NCBI RefSeq assembly: GCF_006345805.1
Contig: NC_043003.1
Location: 107,694,001 to 107,758,000, forward strand
From: Octopus sinensis
Lineage: Eukaryota
DNA length: 64,000 nucleotides
Direction: 5' to 3'
In this document: positions 38,201 to 52,105 of the stretch, piece by piece
How positions within the stretch are numbered: the stretch's first letter is position 1
How the letters are laid out: the number at the start of each line of letters is the position of its first letter
The notes under the pieces: generated by a model
Seen by the model: the letters and a program-made list of their open reading frames with translations, nothing else
The model's database searches: none
What the model was told of the DNA's origin: nothing
Position numbers and translations under genes: made by a program

Positions 38201-38722
38201 ATGGACAACTTCCAGAGATCCCTGGCCTGGCGGTGCTACCGAGAAGCGCTACCCGTTCGGGATAAGCTCTATAGGCATGGCTCGAGAAACACGGGGCCGA
38301 CCTGCCCGAGATGCGGGCAGAGCGACGAAACCGCTCTGCACGCAATCGTGCAGTGTCCAGCAATTTCCCACCTGTGAGCTTATGTCGAACGACTGCTGTC
38401 ACGTGTGGGACGTGTCGGTTTATCAGCTGAGTCTATCGTTAATATCGTCACGCCTCCTTCCTTCAAACGGGAAGGAAGAGCTATTTTTATCATCCTTGTG
38501 GCTATGGCGAAAGAATGTATCTGGTGGACGCGCCTGAAAGGATTAGAGACAAACACTTTCCTCTCTGGTCAATCTCTCATCAACTTCTTCAAGTATCACT
38601 TGAGGAAGAAAGTGAGAGTAGAGAGGCAAGTTTTGTCTAGTGAATGTTTTAAAAAAAGATGGGTGAATGTAGCAAGGATGGCACGCATGAATGACGAAGC
38701 CACCTTGACTATGATTCTATGA
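35294..38722 (+). CDS. ORF2 of copy E (APE-RT-ZnF), open except for one premature stop at 38375-38377 (TGA where the other copies have TGG)
   Basis: 1037-aa ORF 35264-38377 plus in-frame continuation 38405-38722; all catalytic motifs are present. Confidence 0.93.
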
Positions 38723-39083
38723 ACCATAAAAATTAATACAGAGAGTTGCTTATTTGCAAAAAAAAAAAATAAAAGAAAGAAATATAACATGTGACTTCAT
38801 TGACCGAGGTTACCGTGGTCTTTTCCGTAGGCTTTTCTTTCCACGGGTAAACCTCACCTGTCCTCCCCTTTACACTTCATATTGACATTTCTGTGATAAC
38901 GATCCCTATTGATCAATTTTTTTTCCTTTCCCCCTTTTTTTAACCCCCCTTTTTTTTGTCCTCTTTCTCTCCTTTTACGATCCCTTTTGATCGAACACCC
39001 CCCCTTTTTTACCTTCAAAAGAAAAGCTCTACCTTGTAATTTGTTCTATCTGTGTGCAGCCCTGTGTGGCTAATAAAGAAACA

Positions 39084-39166
<83 letters not shown>

Positions 39167-39183
39167 TTGTCTATCTATGTATG

Positions 39184-39226
<43 letters not shown>

Positions 39227-39237
39227 ATATCTATCTG

Positions 39238-39286
<49 letters not shown>

Positions 39287-39289
39287 TTG

Positions 39290-39360
<71 letters not shown>

Positions 39361-39381
39361 GTCTGTCTGTCTGTCTATCTA
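39084..39381. repeat. (TATC)n, 3' flank of copy E
   Basis: Directly visible. Confidence 0.95.
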
Positions 39382-40724
39382 TATTCACTACATCGTGTTT
39401 TCATTATATATGAGAACATTTTACGGAGAATGAGAGAATGGATTCTAGTAAATATTCATTAGAAGACGACTCTGAATTTCAAGCTAAAGTAACATGATAA
39501 CTAAACATATCTTTAAACAAAAAAAGAACAAATTACAACAACAACACCAACAAGAACAACAAAACAACAAAAAATCGATTTATGTGGTTAGATGACTCGC
39601 AAACAATAAACTGACAGAAACAGGAATAAAACGAACGATCTTTGATCAATGACGACTTTCTCAATTATCAGTATCTAAAGACAGCTATCATGTAACTCAA
39701 CTGTTATAAGGATAATAACACAGAAGAAGTGTCTAGATGCCAGAAAAAGGTGTTAGCTTAGTTTGGATGTAATATTACCTGTCTCATTGTTAGCTGTCCG
39801 AAAATATCATTAGGTTATTGGATATTGGTAAGAATGGCAATCCTGGTTATAAATATATAAAAATATAGCTATGCAGTGTACACAAAGCATAATATTACCT
39901 ATATAAGAGACTCCTGGTGGAATGAATAAATTGAAATATTCATAAGATAAAATTAGAGCAAAACTGGTTACTTTTTGGAGTAGAAAATGAAAATTTGCTT
40001 AAGTTGTCCAAAGACAGAAATATCATCTGTAGAATAAATGAGGGAAATAACCTCACTGGACATCTGGTGAGAAACATAATGAATTTATAACTATTGAAGA
40101 AGTTCTTAGGTAACGCAGCAAACAAATGTTGATAACGTGACTGACTAACTGAACACCAATTTTAAAAAGACGGCTTTCACGAAGGAAAGGAACTGATTGA
40201 TTCAAACAGAAAATAAAATAAAATAAAAATGGGAAATGCAAAAGAAAACTAGAATGTCTGTATTGAGTTGTCAAAAAATATTTTAGAAATTAGTAGGGTT
40301 TGCTATTCAGCTGTCCTGATTATAGCTCCCTCTGACTTACAGCAGTATGAATTTTTTTACCTTGTTAAAAGTATTTAATGTACCGCTTTGAGTTACGAAA
40401 GAAAACTGAACGAAAGTTCTTGGAAAAATGTCATTTGAACATCTGACATATTTTGTGATCAGAAAGGTAGTGTGCAATATCTATATAATAATCTGCTTGT
40501 TCGTTCGCCCGTTATAAGTTAGTTAGTTAGAGAGATAGAGGTGGACTGAGTGAGAAGTGGAGTAAGAGTGAGAAAGAGAGAAAGAGAGAGAGAGAGAGAG
40601 GAGTGAAGAATGAAGGGAGGATGAAGTAGAGAAAAGTGATTAATATTAATACATTGGGGCCAAATGCATCAGGTCGTCAGCTGAAGGTATAGGCAAAGAA
40701 CGAAAGAAAAAGACGACGAGAGAA

Positions 40725-40797
<73 letters not shown>

Positions 40798-40948
40798 CGT
40801 TAATGGGGAAGGAATACTTATTATATGGTTAAATAGTTAGCTGAAGCGAAAGAGTATGTTTAGGATGCAATATTTAGCAGAGGGTGACGTTCTGGTGGTG
40901 AGGTTAAAGAAAGGCAGATAGAAATAAATGGATAGGGGAGGCAGTTAT

Positions 40949-40982
<34 letters not shown>

Positions 40983-41910
40983 GGTGGTGGCAGCGACGAA
41001 AAATATTTTATTGAAAAGTATTTTTTTTATTGAACTAAATTCTTTTTATAGCCACCATCGCTTAACGCATGCGCATAAGTGCAATCATTTATCGTCTGCT
41101 CGTTTAAAAAATTGATATTTATTTATACAGGTTAATTTAGCCTAAACTCTGGATTCACAAGAAAAACAGTTGCAAGCTGTCCGAGAAAGGATGCGCAGAT
41201 ATAGAGTATGGATCAGAGAGGAAAAGCTAGAGGATATAATAAAAAAAAAGGTAGAAGACAACACCGATGGAAACGTGAGGAAATGAATGTAGACGAACGT
41301 GAAGAATATTTAAAGAAAGCTAAACTATGAATGCTATAAAAATATAAATCATTCTTTCTTAAAGAGGTCCGCTTAATTATTTCCACCTTGTGGAATTTAC
41401 ACGAGTCCTACTAGTAATTGATTATATTAGGTGTGTAACTTTACTGTGTATTTTTATTAATTTGAATATAGAAATAAATTCCGGCGTCATTTGAACGTAG
41501 AAAGCTAATTGTAAAATATCTTGATCGAACCTCACTAACCTAAAATTGATTTCAAATTTTGACGCAAGGCCAACAATTTTGGAGTTGGGGGTAAATCGGT
41601 TACATCCATCACGGTGTTCGACCGGTAGTTATTTTAACGCCCCCCAGAAAGATGAAAGTCAAAGTCGACTTCGGTGGAATTTGAACCCAGAATGGAAAGA
41701 GCCGGAATCACCAATCTAACAATTCAAATTGATACAAAAGCCCATTCATTTCTGTAGGGAGGGAGCAGGGTGGAGCGATCGATTACATCGATCCTAATCT
41801 TTGAGTATTGCTTATTTTACAAGAGGCTAGTCCTTGAATATATATGTATATATGCGTGTCATGTGTGTGTGTGTGTACATGTGTGTGTGTGTGTGTGTAT
41901 GTATATGTCA

Positions 41911-41990
<80 letters not shown>

Positions 41991-41992
<2 letters not shown>

Positions 41993-42268
41993 AGGCGCAA
42001 TGGCCCAATGGTTAGGGCAGAGGACTCGCGGTCGTAGGATCACGGTTTCGATTCCCAGACCGGGCGTTGTGAGTGTTTATTGAGCGAAAACACCTAAAGC
42101 TCCACGAGGCTCCGGCAGGGGCGGGGTGATCCCTGCTGTACTCTTTCGCCACAACTTTCTCTCAATCTTTCTTCTGTTGGCCTGCTCGCTTAGCCAGCGG
42201 GGTGGCGCATTGTGACCAGCGATGTGTAGCAACATCTGATAGCCTGGTCGGTCACGGTGATCACGGGG
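41991..42268 (+). mobile_element. tRNA-derived SINE
   Basis: GGAGGCGCAATGGCCCAATGGTTAGGGC (A box) … GGTTTCGATTCCC (B box) head, followed by a non-tRNA body. Confidence 0.75.
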
Positions 42269-42702
42269 ATATATATATGTATGTATGTATACGTGTGTGT
42301 ACAAACACAGATTTATGCGTTAAACTAAGATTATTTTAAAATAAGTTAAAATTAACGGAATATTGACTGACGACTGACTAGAGCACTCAATCCTGAAAGT
42401 AGAATAAAATTTACTGTAAAATTATTTTTAAGTGGATTTTAGGTTTCTCCTCATGGCTTATTCAACTAAGGAAGAAAGTTTCACTTCTCGCGTCTGTATA
42501 CGAAAGCATAAAAAGTGTCGTTAAAAATTTGGGCCTACGTTTTAAGTTTGTGATTTACTTTTGTAGTAAAAATTACAAAAGAAATTTTTGAATTAGTGGG
42601 TATTAAAACTTATATGGTGTACTCTGATTGGGTGATAAAAAAAATCCCAAACAAACTATACTAATAATATTCATTCTCATTTTATTGGAACTACTCTAAT
42701 TA

Positions 42703-43325
42703 GGCGGCGAGCAGGTAGAATTGGTAACACGTTGGACAAAACGCTTAGCGGTATTTCTTCAATTCTTTACATTTTGAGTTCAAATTCATGGTTGATAAAA
42801 TAAGGGATCTTTTCGGTTTGACCGGCAGTTTTTTCTAGCGGTGTCATATGAAATTGTCACCTATAATTATGACCCTAGTATCGATCTACTGCATTTCAAT
42901 CTGTTTTAGGGTTAGAGTTAGGGTTAGGGTTAAGGTTAGGGTGGGGGGAAGGGTACCTTTTTTTCTTCACAAATGTAAATAAACCCAATCTGTTTCTTAA
43001 ACGAGGAACATATTCATACGGCACAGAATGCTTTTTAACTCAATAGACGTCACTGATTGGTTGAAATTGCTGAAATTGAAGAAAAAAACAACAAATATCT
43101 TTCAAACTATAGAATTTTTTCAAGAAAGCCAAGAGAAAAAGATGTTTTATAAACACATTCTACCAGTATACGAAGTTTAAAAGTGTTTGGTTACGTGGAA
43201 ATTATGTTAAAAACTGCCGGTCAAACCGAAAAGATCCAAAATTAGTACCAGTTGAGCACTGGGGTCCATGTTATCAACTAACCCCCTATCCCGACATTTC
43301 TAGGCTTTGTTCCTATGGCAGAAAG
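42703..43325 (+). mobile_element. tRNA-SINE (GGCGGCGAGCTGGCAGAA family) split by MITE copy 1
   Basis: The family consensus …GATAAAATAAG|TACCAGTTGAGCACTGGGG is interrupted at 42805-43237. Confidence 0.75.
42805..43237. mobile_element. MITE copy 1 (28-bp TIR GGATCTTTTCGGTTTGACCGGCAGTTTT, internal TTAGGG repeats)
   Basis: Perfect TIRs; 8-bp TSD AAAATAAG/AAAATTAG. Confidence 0.9.
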
Positions 43326-43631
43326 AGTTATAGCTCTGTAAATTACTTAGGTTTGAATTAAGGTGGAGCAGAATGTAATACTATACAGTACAATGGGAAG
43401 GGTGTGATGCGTATTTCTATTGCATCACTACAACATCTACATATTGACGAACAAAGAATCTCAATTACTGACTACTTGGCCGACTTATTATGTTGGCTTT
43501 GTAAATAAGTTTAGGAGGTCAGTTGGGAAAATGTAAATTCAGCTCTCTGAACTAAGTCCCGTCTATATATTTCCTCGATTAAAGTTCGCTCTTTGAAGGA
43601 ACAATAACAAAATACCACACGCACACACCAC

Positions 43632-43738
<107 letters not shown>

Positions 43739-43970
43739 ACATATGCCAGCTCAAAGGCCAAACGATGTCACAGTAGTAGAAACTGATAGAATATTCAATA
43801 AGAATATAAAGGAAATGGTGTAATTTGCACCAACATTAACCTCAAGGCCATTTAATGCCATCGCATATATAACATACAAATACATATACAAATACTCATA
43901 CATACACACACATGTATGCATGTATATATGTATACATTACGTATGTGTATATACACATGCTTAAGTGTAG

Positions 43971-44013
<43 letters not shown>

Positions 44014-44014
<1 letters not shown>

Positions 44015-44765
44015 AGGGTGCGACGGGTAAATTGTTACCATTTTGTTTTAATTTCGCGCATGTGAATTGTTTGTTTTTGATTTTGTCGATCACACTGTAT
44101 AGTAGGGTAAGTTGGGCACCGTCTGTAAGGAAAATGGCACCATGACCCGATTCACTCTTCCAGAAATTTGGAAACGACATGCTGCACTGCTTGGCATTCG
44201 CACCGGAAGCTCCAATACGAACATTTAAGAGTGTTTGGGTGTCAATCTGAGGACATGCAGCGAAAGTGATAAAAATTAAACAATCCAGTCAGCCTCATGG
44301 TGTTTGGAGGGATCACTAGTGATGGCAACATTATGCCTCCATTCATCTTCCCACACGACTTCATACTCAACACGGAGGCCTACATCAAGAGCCTAGCGGA
44401 GGTAGTGCTGCCCTGGGTCAAGAGAGTGGCTGCTGGAAGACCCTATGTCTGGTAACAGGACTCTGCACCATGACACACAAACAGGAGGACCGAGTCATGG
44501 TTGTCAGACAATTTCTGCGACCACCTAACTCCTCTGAATGCAACCCCCTTGGTTAGTATGTGTGGAGCACAGTTGAGCAAGAGACCGACAAAACTCCTTG
44601 TAACACCAAAGATGAACCGAAGGCAAGGATTATGGCAACATTCACCAAATTAAACTGGGAGACGGTCCAGAAGAGTTGCAGGGGATTCCGAAATCGTCTG
44701 GAGGGTCGTGGCTGAAGCCAACGGCGATTTTATTGAATAAATTTACTCTTTAGTATTTCAAGATA
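44014..44765 (+). mobile_element. Decayed Tc1/mariner-superfamily element (DDxD-type transposase remnant)
   Basis: CAGGGTG left terminus; translated remnants VSLMVFGGITSDG, RPYVW*QDSAP and PNS.ECNPL. No right TIR was found. Confidence 0.75.
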
Positions 44766-44980
44766 TAGCGATAGATAGACAGATAGATTTCAAGATATTT
44801 TTCGCAGTTTTGGTAAATATATCTGTTAAATTGAGATGTCAGCGTTATTTTCATTTTTGCGTAATTTAGACGTAAACAGATCAACATCGGTTGTCAAGCG
44901 ATGGTGGGGGACAAACACAGACACACAAATACGCGCACACCACACACACACACACACACCACACACACACACACACCACA

Positions 44981-45070
<90 letters not shown>

Positions 45071-45789
45071 CTGGTTTCTTTCAGTAGAAGTCACCTGCCT
45101 AAGGGGCCACGCAGTGGGACTGAACCCGGAACTATGTGGTTGGGAAGCAAGCTTCTTACCGCACACCCACTCCTGTGTACATATGTATTTAATATGCAAT
45201 CATTCAGACATATAATCACACACATATATGCTTACATTTGACTGGATTTCTGTATATGTGTGCATATATTGACACACATACACGCATAGACATATATATG
45301 CTTACATATGAGTGTATTTCTATATATGTGTGTATGTATATTCGCACACACAGAAAACAATAAAAACACATATGATTGGCTGGAATTTAGGTAGCATTTA
45401 CGCGAAATTCTCTCATTGCTATTGAACAAGGTCGCTCTAATACTTCAGTAACAGAGTTAGAGTGACGTCAAGTTATATAAACTTTCAAGTTTGTGAGAAC
45501 AGAAAAACTAAAGCAAAGAAAGAAAGAAAAAAAGAACAAAAGCAAAAAGACAAACAAAATCATGACAAAAAAAGAAAAAAACCGCTAATAAAATTAAAAA
45601 TACATGAAAATAAAACAAAAGTGTAAGAAAAAAAAAAAAGAATGAGCATCGCGAGATAACAGAAATAAATTTTGGAAGTAGAATTTAGTAAACAAAATTT
45701 CACCTAAGATCGAGGAGAATGTTTAAGTGAAATACGTCATTGTTATTGCTTTAGAATTGAATAATTTCCGGCAGATGTTGGGCTGATGC

Positions 45790-45854
<65 letters not shown>

Positions 45855-46265
45855 AGCATTATTCGGCGTTTCCTAAACGTCTATTCTATAAAACTGTAAA
45901 ACATGATTTGATAATACGTGACGGAACTTGTCTCAGTGCCAATCCGTTTTATATCTAAAATGAATCGAACAGAAAAGAGAAAAGAAAAAAACAGTCTTTA
46001 AATAATTACGACGCATTTTTTGATTATTTATTTCTAATACAATTTCACTGTATCTTTTATCAACAAGTATCTTTTTGTAGAATATCTAATTTTGGATGTT
46101 TGTCACGATATAAGAATGTCTGTCAATAGGTTTTGGTGGGATTGAGATTTCGATATTTTTTGAACATTTTGAACTTTGATATTTTTAGAGGGAAATTCGA
46201 ATTGTAACGCTTTCTCCCTCAAAAACGTCGGTAACATTTATAACAATATTTACAACGCGGAATCG

Positions 46266-46683
46266 GGATCTTTTCGGTTTGAACGGCAGTTTTTCCAGCT
46301 GTGTCATGAAATTGTCACCCATAATTATGACCCTAGTATCGATCTATTGCATTTCAATCTGTTTTAGGGTTAGGGTTAGGGGTGGCGGGAAGGGTTACTT
46401 TTCTCTTCTTCACAAATGTAAATAAACCCAATCTGTTTCTTAAACGAGGGACATATTCATACGGCACAGAATGTTTTCACTTCAATAGACGTCATTGATT
46501 GGTTGAAATTGCAGAAATTGAAGAAAAAAACAACAACAAATATCTTACAAATTATAGAATTTTCTCAATAAAGCCAAGAGAAAAAGATGCTTTATAAACA
46601 CATTCTACCAGTATACGAAGTTTAAAAGTGTTTAATTACGTGGAAATTATTTTTAAAAACTGCCGGTCAAACCGAAAAGATCC
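46266..46683. mobile_element. MITE copy 2
   Basis: Same TIRs; perfect 8-bp TSD CGGAATCG (46258-46265 and 46684-46691). Confidence 0.93.
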
Positions 46684-46761
46684 CGGAATCGAAACCTGAA
46701 TGCAGATTAACTTCAACAGGATCTCATATAATCTTTTTGACAGTTTTAAATTTATTACCGT

Positions 46762-47007
46762 GGAGACGCGTGGCTTAGTGGTTAGGGTGTTGAACTCATG
46801 ATCGTATGGTTGTGGTTTCGATTCCTGGACCGGGTGATGCGTTGTGTTCTTGAGCAAAACACTTCATTTTCACGTTGCTCCAGTCCACTCGGCTGGCAAC
46901 AATGAGTAATCCTGCGACGGACCGGTGTCCCGTCCAGGTGGGGAATTTCTACGCCACTGAAACCGGGAAATCGGCCCTTATGAGCCTGACATGGCTCGAG
47001 AAGAAAC
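46762..47007 (+). mobile_element. tRNA-derived SINE
   Basis: TGGCTTAGTGG (A box) and GGTTTCGATTCC (B box); same head family as 20490-20820. Confidence 0.75.
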
Positions 47008-47179
47008 ATTAAAAAAAAATTATTAATAATATTCTTATACTTCTCTTTTCTTTTAGCCCAAAGAAAGTTTTAAATTTTTACCGATCTGAGCAGCAGAGAG
47101 CAATGTCTTTTAATGATCCTTGTAAGTTTGGTGCTTCCGTGAAAGATACTGCGCAATATCGGTGGTAAATAATATTAGT

Positions 47180-48755
47180 TTCAAATTATGGCACAAGGCT
47201 AGCAAATTTTGTGGAGAGGGTAAGTTGATTACATCGACCCAAGTGCCCAACTGGTATTTATTTTATCGACTCCGAAAAGGATGAACGTAAAGACGGATGA
47301 AATGCCGCTAAACATTTTGTCCGGCGTGCTAACGATTCTGCAAGCTCACCGCCTTCTGGTGTTAGTGATATTGGTTTCAAATTTTGGCAGAAGGCCAGCA
47401 GATTCAGGGGAGGGGTAAGTTAACTACATCGAACCCAGTACTCAATTGTTACATATTTTATCGATCCCGAGAAGATGAAAGGCAAAGTCAACATCGGTGT
47501 AATTTGAAGTGAATGATTAATTAATTAATATTTGTGATTTAAGGCAGCGAACTGGCAGAATAGTTAGCAAGCCGAACTAAATACTTAGCGGCATTTCGTC
47601 CGTCATTATGTTCTGAGTTCAAATACCGCCGTGGACGACTTTGTTTTTCATCCTTTCGGGCCCGAGAAAATAAGTATCAGTTGAACATTGAAGTCGATGT
47701 AAAGCAATATCATGGCAATGATTTAAAACGGTGAGCTGGCAGAATCCTTAGCACGCCGGGTAAAGTGCTTATTAGCATTACTTCTATCTTTTCGGCCTAT
47801 TATGCCAAGGTCCATTTCACCTTTTATCCTTTCCCTGTTGATAAAATAAGTACCAGTAGAGCACTGGGGTCGATGTAATCGACTTACCTCCTTCCTCTCG
47901 AAATTGCTAGCTCGGGGCGAAAATTTGAAAACCAGTATAGCTTTCACGTTTTGAAAGAAATGCTGCTGAATTTGAAACCTATAATAATTTCAAATTTCGG
48001 AAGAATTGCTGCTAAGGATTTTTTGCGGCGCGGTGACGATTCCGCCAGTTCGCCGCTTTAATCTTTAACTCTGATTAACAGCAAGGTTGGCATTATCTCT
48101 GTTTTAGATTTTTCCGTATGTTTATATTTGGTAGAATGGTGAGTCAACGAGACACCTTTGGTGTAGCCACTCTACATGCTAGAAAGAAAAACCAAATCTT
48201 CCTCAGTTTACGAGAGGAACATTAAATTGCAGTTATACATTCTCTTAAAAAGACGAGAAAAATCATGGTAGTTGATTAGAGCTGACCTGGGGTTAAACAA
48301 CGACATGAACAACTAGATCCAAATGTGCAGCTTGTGTGTGGATGCTCGATCTACTAGAAATAGCTGTCAAATCTTTCACGAATGAAACCCTTTCAGCTTA
48401 GAAAGAACTACACTGGGTAATCTGGTCATGCATACACTGTATCTAGGAATCCATGGTGTGTTTCGGATGGAATACTTTGATCAGAGGCGCGTTCGGTCAA
48501 ACAATCAAAGGCATCCAATAAACATTATTACTTAATGGTTAAAGAGGCAAGCTGGCAGAATCGTTAGCAAACCGCGCAAGATGCTTAGCGGCATTTCGTC
48601 CGTTTTTACTTTCTGTGTTCAAATTCCTCAGAGGTTGACTTTGCGTTTCATCCTTTCGGGCTCGATAAAATAAGTACCATTTGAGCATTGCGGTCGATGT
48701 AATCGCATTGGCCATTTACTCCAATCTGCTGGCCTTGTGCCAAAATTTGAAACCA
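47180..48755. mobile_element. Cluster of about five tRNA-SINE copies (GGCGGCGAGCTGGCAGAA family) on both strands
   Basis: Recurrent GAGTTCAAAT B box, CATCCTTTCGGG, GATAAAATAAGTACCAG and AAATTTGAAACC blocks; for example the + copy at 48544-48754. Confidence 0.75.
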
Positions 48756-49661
48756 TTTTACTTAATGGTTAATTGACATTTTCACACTAATCACTAAAGT
48801 TTGACAGAAACAGCAAAATATGTTGAGACTTTGTGAATTGATGACTACAGAAGCAGATCCTTTACTTGCATATTCAGCATTTCTGTTATAATAGAACAAC
48901 ATTTGAACGATCAGCCTTTGCAGATGCCACATGAATGTATCTATATCATCAATGATCTTAAAATAGGGTTTCCGTAAGCTTGATTGGATATCACTCCCTG
49001 CTTCTTGCCTAGAGAGTTGAAGTAAAAGCTTGATATTTGCTCTTCAAAATAGTTAAACGGCTAACTTTATTTGGCTTGGATATCTGCTAAAGCTGTTATA
49101 TTAATAGCCTCCATGCGATATAAATCACTTGGATCTGACGTTCTATGGCAGGTTTTTCCTTCGCTGCAAGTGGACAGGACTCTGCCTCTCTTTTCCTCTG
49201 TTACACGTCATCAATTCTGATGTGATGCAAGACCTAGTTATCTTGCCCACTGCCTTTCTTCATTACAACATTATATCAATCTAATGGTTGTTTATAGCTG
49301 TTACTTCTTATCACAAAAATAAAAACGTTTGACATATCACTCAACACTCTGTTAACTTGTTCACACATACAATTAACACGCATCTCACCATCTCCTGTCA
49401 GTATAAGGAGGCTTCAGAAAGTTCTGCAATGTGGATTCTATGACAAAGTGTTACTCAAATGTTATGAAAATACGCATATCGCTCATCTAATGAGAAACCA
49501 AACTGTAACAATGTATTCCTATTTAGGAAGAACAAACAACTAAAAACCTCACACTCTCCATAAATATTAGAACTCACAACATCCAGTAACTTCTCTCAGT
49601 TTACAGCCGAGAGCTCTCTAACCGACTGCATTGCAATTTGATAAGGTAAATATCTTTATCG

Positions 49662-50082
49662 GGATCTTTTCGGTTTGAACGGCAGTTTTTTCTAGCGGTG
49701 TCATATGAAATTGTCACCTATAATTATGACCCTAGTATCGATCTATTGCATTTCAATCTGTTTTAGGGTTAGGGTTAGTTAGGGTTAGGGGGAAGGGTAT
49801 CTTTTTTCTTCACAAATGTAAATAAACCCAATCTGTTTCTTAAACGAGGGACATATTCATACGGCACAGAATGTTGCTTACCTCAACGGACGTCATTGAT
49901 TGGTTGAAATTGCAGAAATTGAAGAAAAAAAAGCAACAAATATCTTACAAACTATAGAATTTTCTCAATAAAGCCAAGAGAAGAAGAAGTTTTCTAAACA
50001 CATTCTACCAGTATACGAAGTTTCAAATTTTTTATTTACCTAGAAATTATGTTAAAAACTGCCGTTCAAACCGAAAAAATCT
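49662..50082. mobile_element. MITE copy 3
   Basis: Same TIRs with a slightly mutated right end; perfect 8-bp TSD CTTTATCG (49654-49661 and 50083-50090). Confidence 0.92.
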
Positions 50083-50537
50083 CTTTATCGTATTGAGACC
50101 CTCACCATCCACAAAACTCAATGACATCTCATCAATGAAGAAATTTTATGCGGATAGCTTTTTGAAAATAATAATTAACATAGTGCCAGCCAGTTTTACC
50201 TGAATGCAGAAGTTTCGTTTTGTGACTGTCTCGAAAATGCCATAGGTGAACTAGAACGTGCACCAGAAGTTTCTTCCTCAAGGCTATCACACAGCTGATC
50301 ACTGCTTTAAAACGTTAACACTTATGGTTAAGTTATTGTTGACATATTTAAAACAGGAAACATCGACAAGATGACTATGAATAATTATATGATGATTTAG
50401 AAAAGACTATATTAGTGAACTTCAAACATAATTCCGTCTCATTATATTATTCTCAGTGAAGTATAAATTCCATGCTGCTTACCGGAATGGTGAAATAGAG
50501 AGAGAAAGCATGTAAATACAATATTTACGTGTTTATT

Positions 50538-51102
50538 GCCCACAGGCGGCTAAACAGAGAGGAGACAAACAAGGACAGACAAAGGGATTAAGTTGATTAC
50601 ATCGACCCCAGTGTATAACTGGTACTTATTTAATCGACCCCGAAAGGATGAAAGGCAAAGTCGACCTCGGCGGAATTTGAACTCAGAACGTAGCGGCAGA
50701 CGAAATACCTATTTCTTTACTACCCACAAGGGGCTACACACAGAGAGGACAAACAAGAACAGACAAACGAATTAAGACGACTATATCGACCCCAGTGCGT
50801 AACTGGTACTTATTTTAATCGACCCGAAAGGATGAAAGACAAAGTCGACCTCGGCAGAATTTGAACTCAGAACGTAGCGGCAGACAAAATACCTATTTCT
50901 ATTTCTTTACTGCCCACAAGGGGCTAAACACAGAGAGGACAAACAAGGACAGCCAAACGGATTAAGTCGATTATATCGACCCCCGAAAGGATGAAAGGCA
51001 AAGTCGACCTCGGCGAAATTTAAACTCAGAACGTAACGGCAGACGAAATACGGCTACGCATATCGCCCGGCGTGCTAACGATTCTGCCAGCTCGCCGCCT
51101 TA
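50538..51102 (-). mobile_element. SINE with a tandemly triplicated ~185-bp body and a single head
   Basis: CCCACAAGGGGCT…GAAAGGATGAAAGGCAAAGTCGACCTCGGC…GGCAGACGAAATAC occurs three times; the head appears only in the rightmost unit. Confidence 0.8.
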
Positions 51103-51319
51103 AAGCGTGTAAATACAATATAACGTACTGGACAGCGTAGAAAAGTTTAAATTTCTTCAGAAAATAAATTACTTGCAGAAATAACAGAAAGACCCGTCTC
51201 CACATGAAAAACAACATTTAAATTAGATGTAAGCTTTTCTTTATGTATTGAACATTAAATAGTGGGCTAGAAATATAATTAGACGATAAGGAAAAGGCTA
51301 TATAAATCAATGATTAATA

Positions 51320-52010
51320 TTGGCTTCAAATTTTGGCACAAGGCCAGCAATACCGGAGTGGGTGGGGAGTAGGACGATTATATGATTCTCGTACTTAACT
51401 AGTACTTATTTTATCGATCCCGAAAAGGATAAAAGGTAAAATCGAACTCAGCGGAATTTGAAGTCAATAATTAATATTATGATAGTGATTTAAAGCAGTG
51501 AACTGGCGGAATGGTTAGCACGCCGGACGAAATGCATAACGGCACTTCGTCCGTCTTCGCGTTCTGAGTTCAAATTCCACCAATATTGACTTTGCCTTTC
51601 ATCCTTTCGAGGTCGATAATACAAGCACCAGTTGATACTGGGAACGATATAATCCACTTGGCCCCTTCTTCATCCCTCGAAATTTGTGGCCTTGAGCCAA
51701 AATTTGAAACTAATATTATGTTAATGATTCATATCATGTTATTCACTTCAGCAAACACGGGAGATAACTCCGAGCGTGTTTCAGTAAAATTAGTTTTCAT
51801 CAGCGTTTTATTAATTCTTTTTCAATGGACTTGCTAAGGTTGTGATAACAAGATCATTAAGGCGCAACATCGTATTTTGTGTCAACATAGAAAAACAGAA
51901 TAAATTATTCAAAGGAGTTATTAGGAGTTGTCATACATCTCGTTAATATTTATGAATATCATTTTCTGTTTCAGAGTAATTATTGTTTTTATAATCTTTC
52001 ATTATATATA

Positions 52011-52051
<41 letters not shown>

Positions 52052-52068
52052 CTCTCTCTCTCTCTCTC

Positions 52069-52105
<37 letters not shown>

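Larger units (their letters stand above)
33026..39083 (+). mobile_element. Tx1/L1-clade LINE copy E, full length, with (TATC)n on both sides
   Basis: Same organisation; ends AGCCCTGTGTGGCTAATAAAGAAACA followed by (TATC)n. Confidence 0.95.

Noticed and set aside
39420-40260. Possible decayed RTE 3' region
   Set aside because: Only one short motif-like match (L.GHL.R) was found, which is insufficient to call.
41991-42065. tRNA genes (also near 20750-20820, 26134-26165 and 46762-46830)
   Set aside because: They have A/B boxes but no complete cloverleaf and continue into repeat bodies, so they are SINE heads.
42905-42950. Telomere or chromosome-fusion remnant (TTAGGG)n
   Set aside because: Only a few units are present, at the same position inside all three MITE copies.
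50200-50304. Possible 105-nt minus-strand exon (SDQLCDSLEEETSG…; AAG| and CAG|GTAAAA)
   Set aside because: The splice sites are weak, the peptide is unrecognisable, and such a short open frame is expected by chance.
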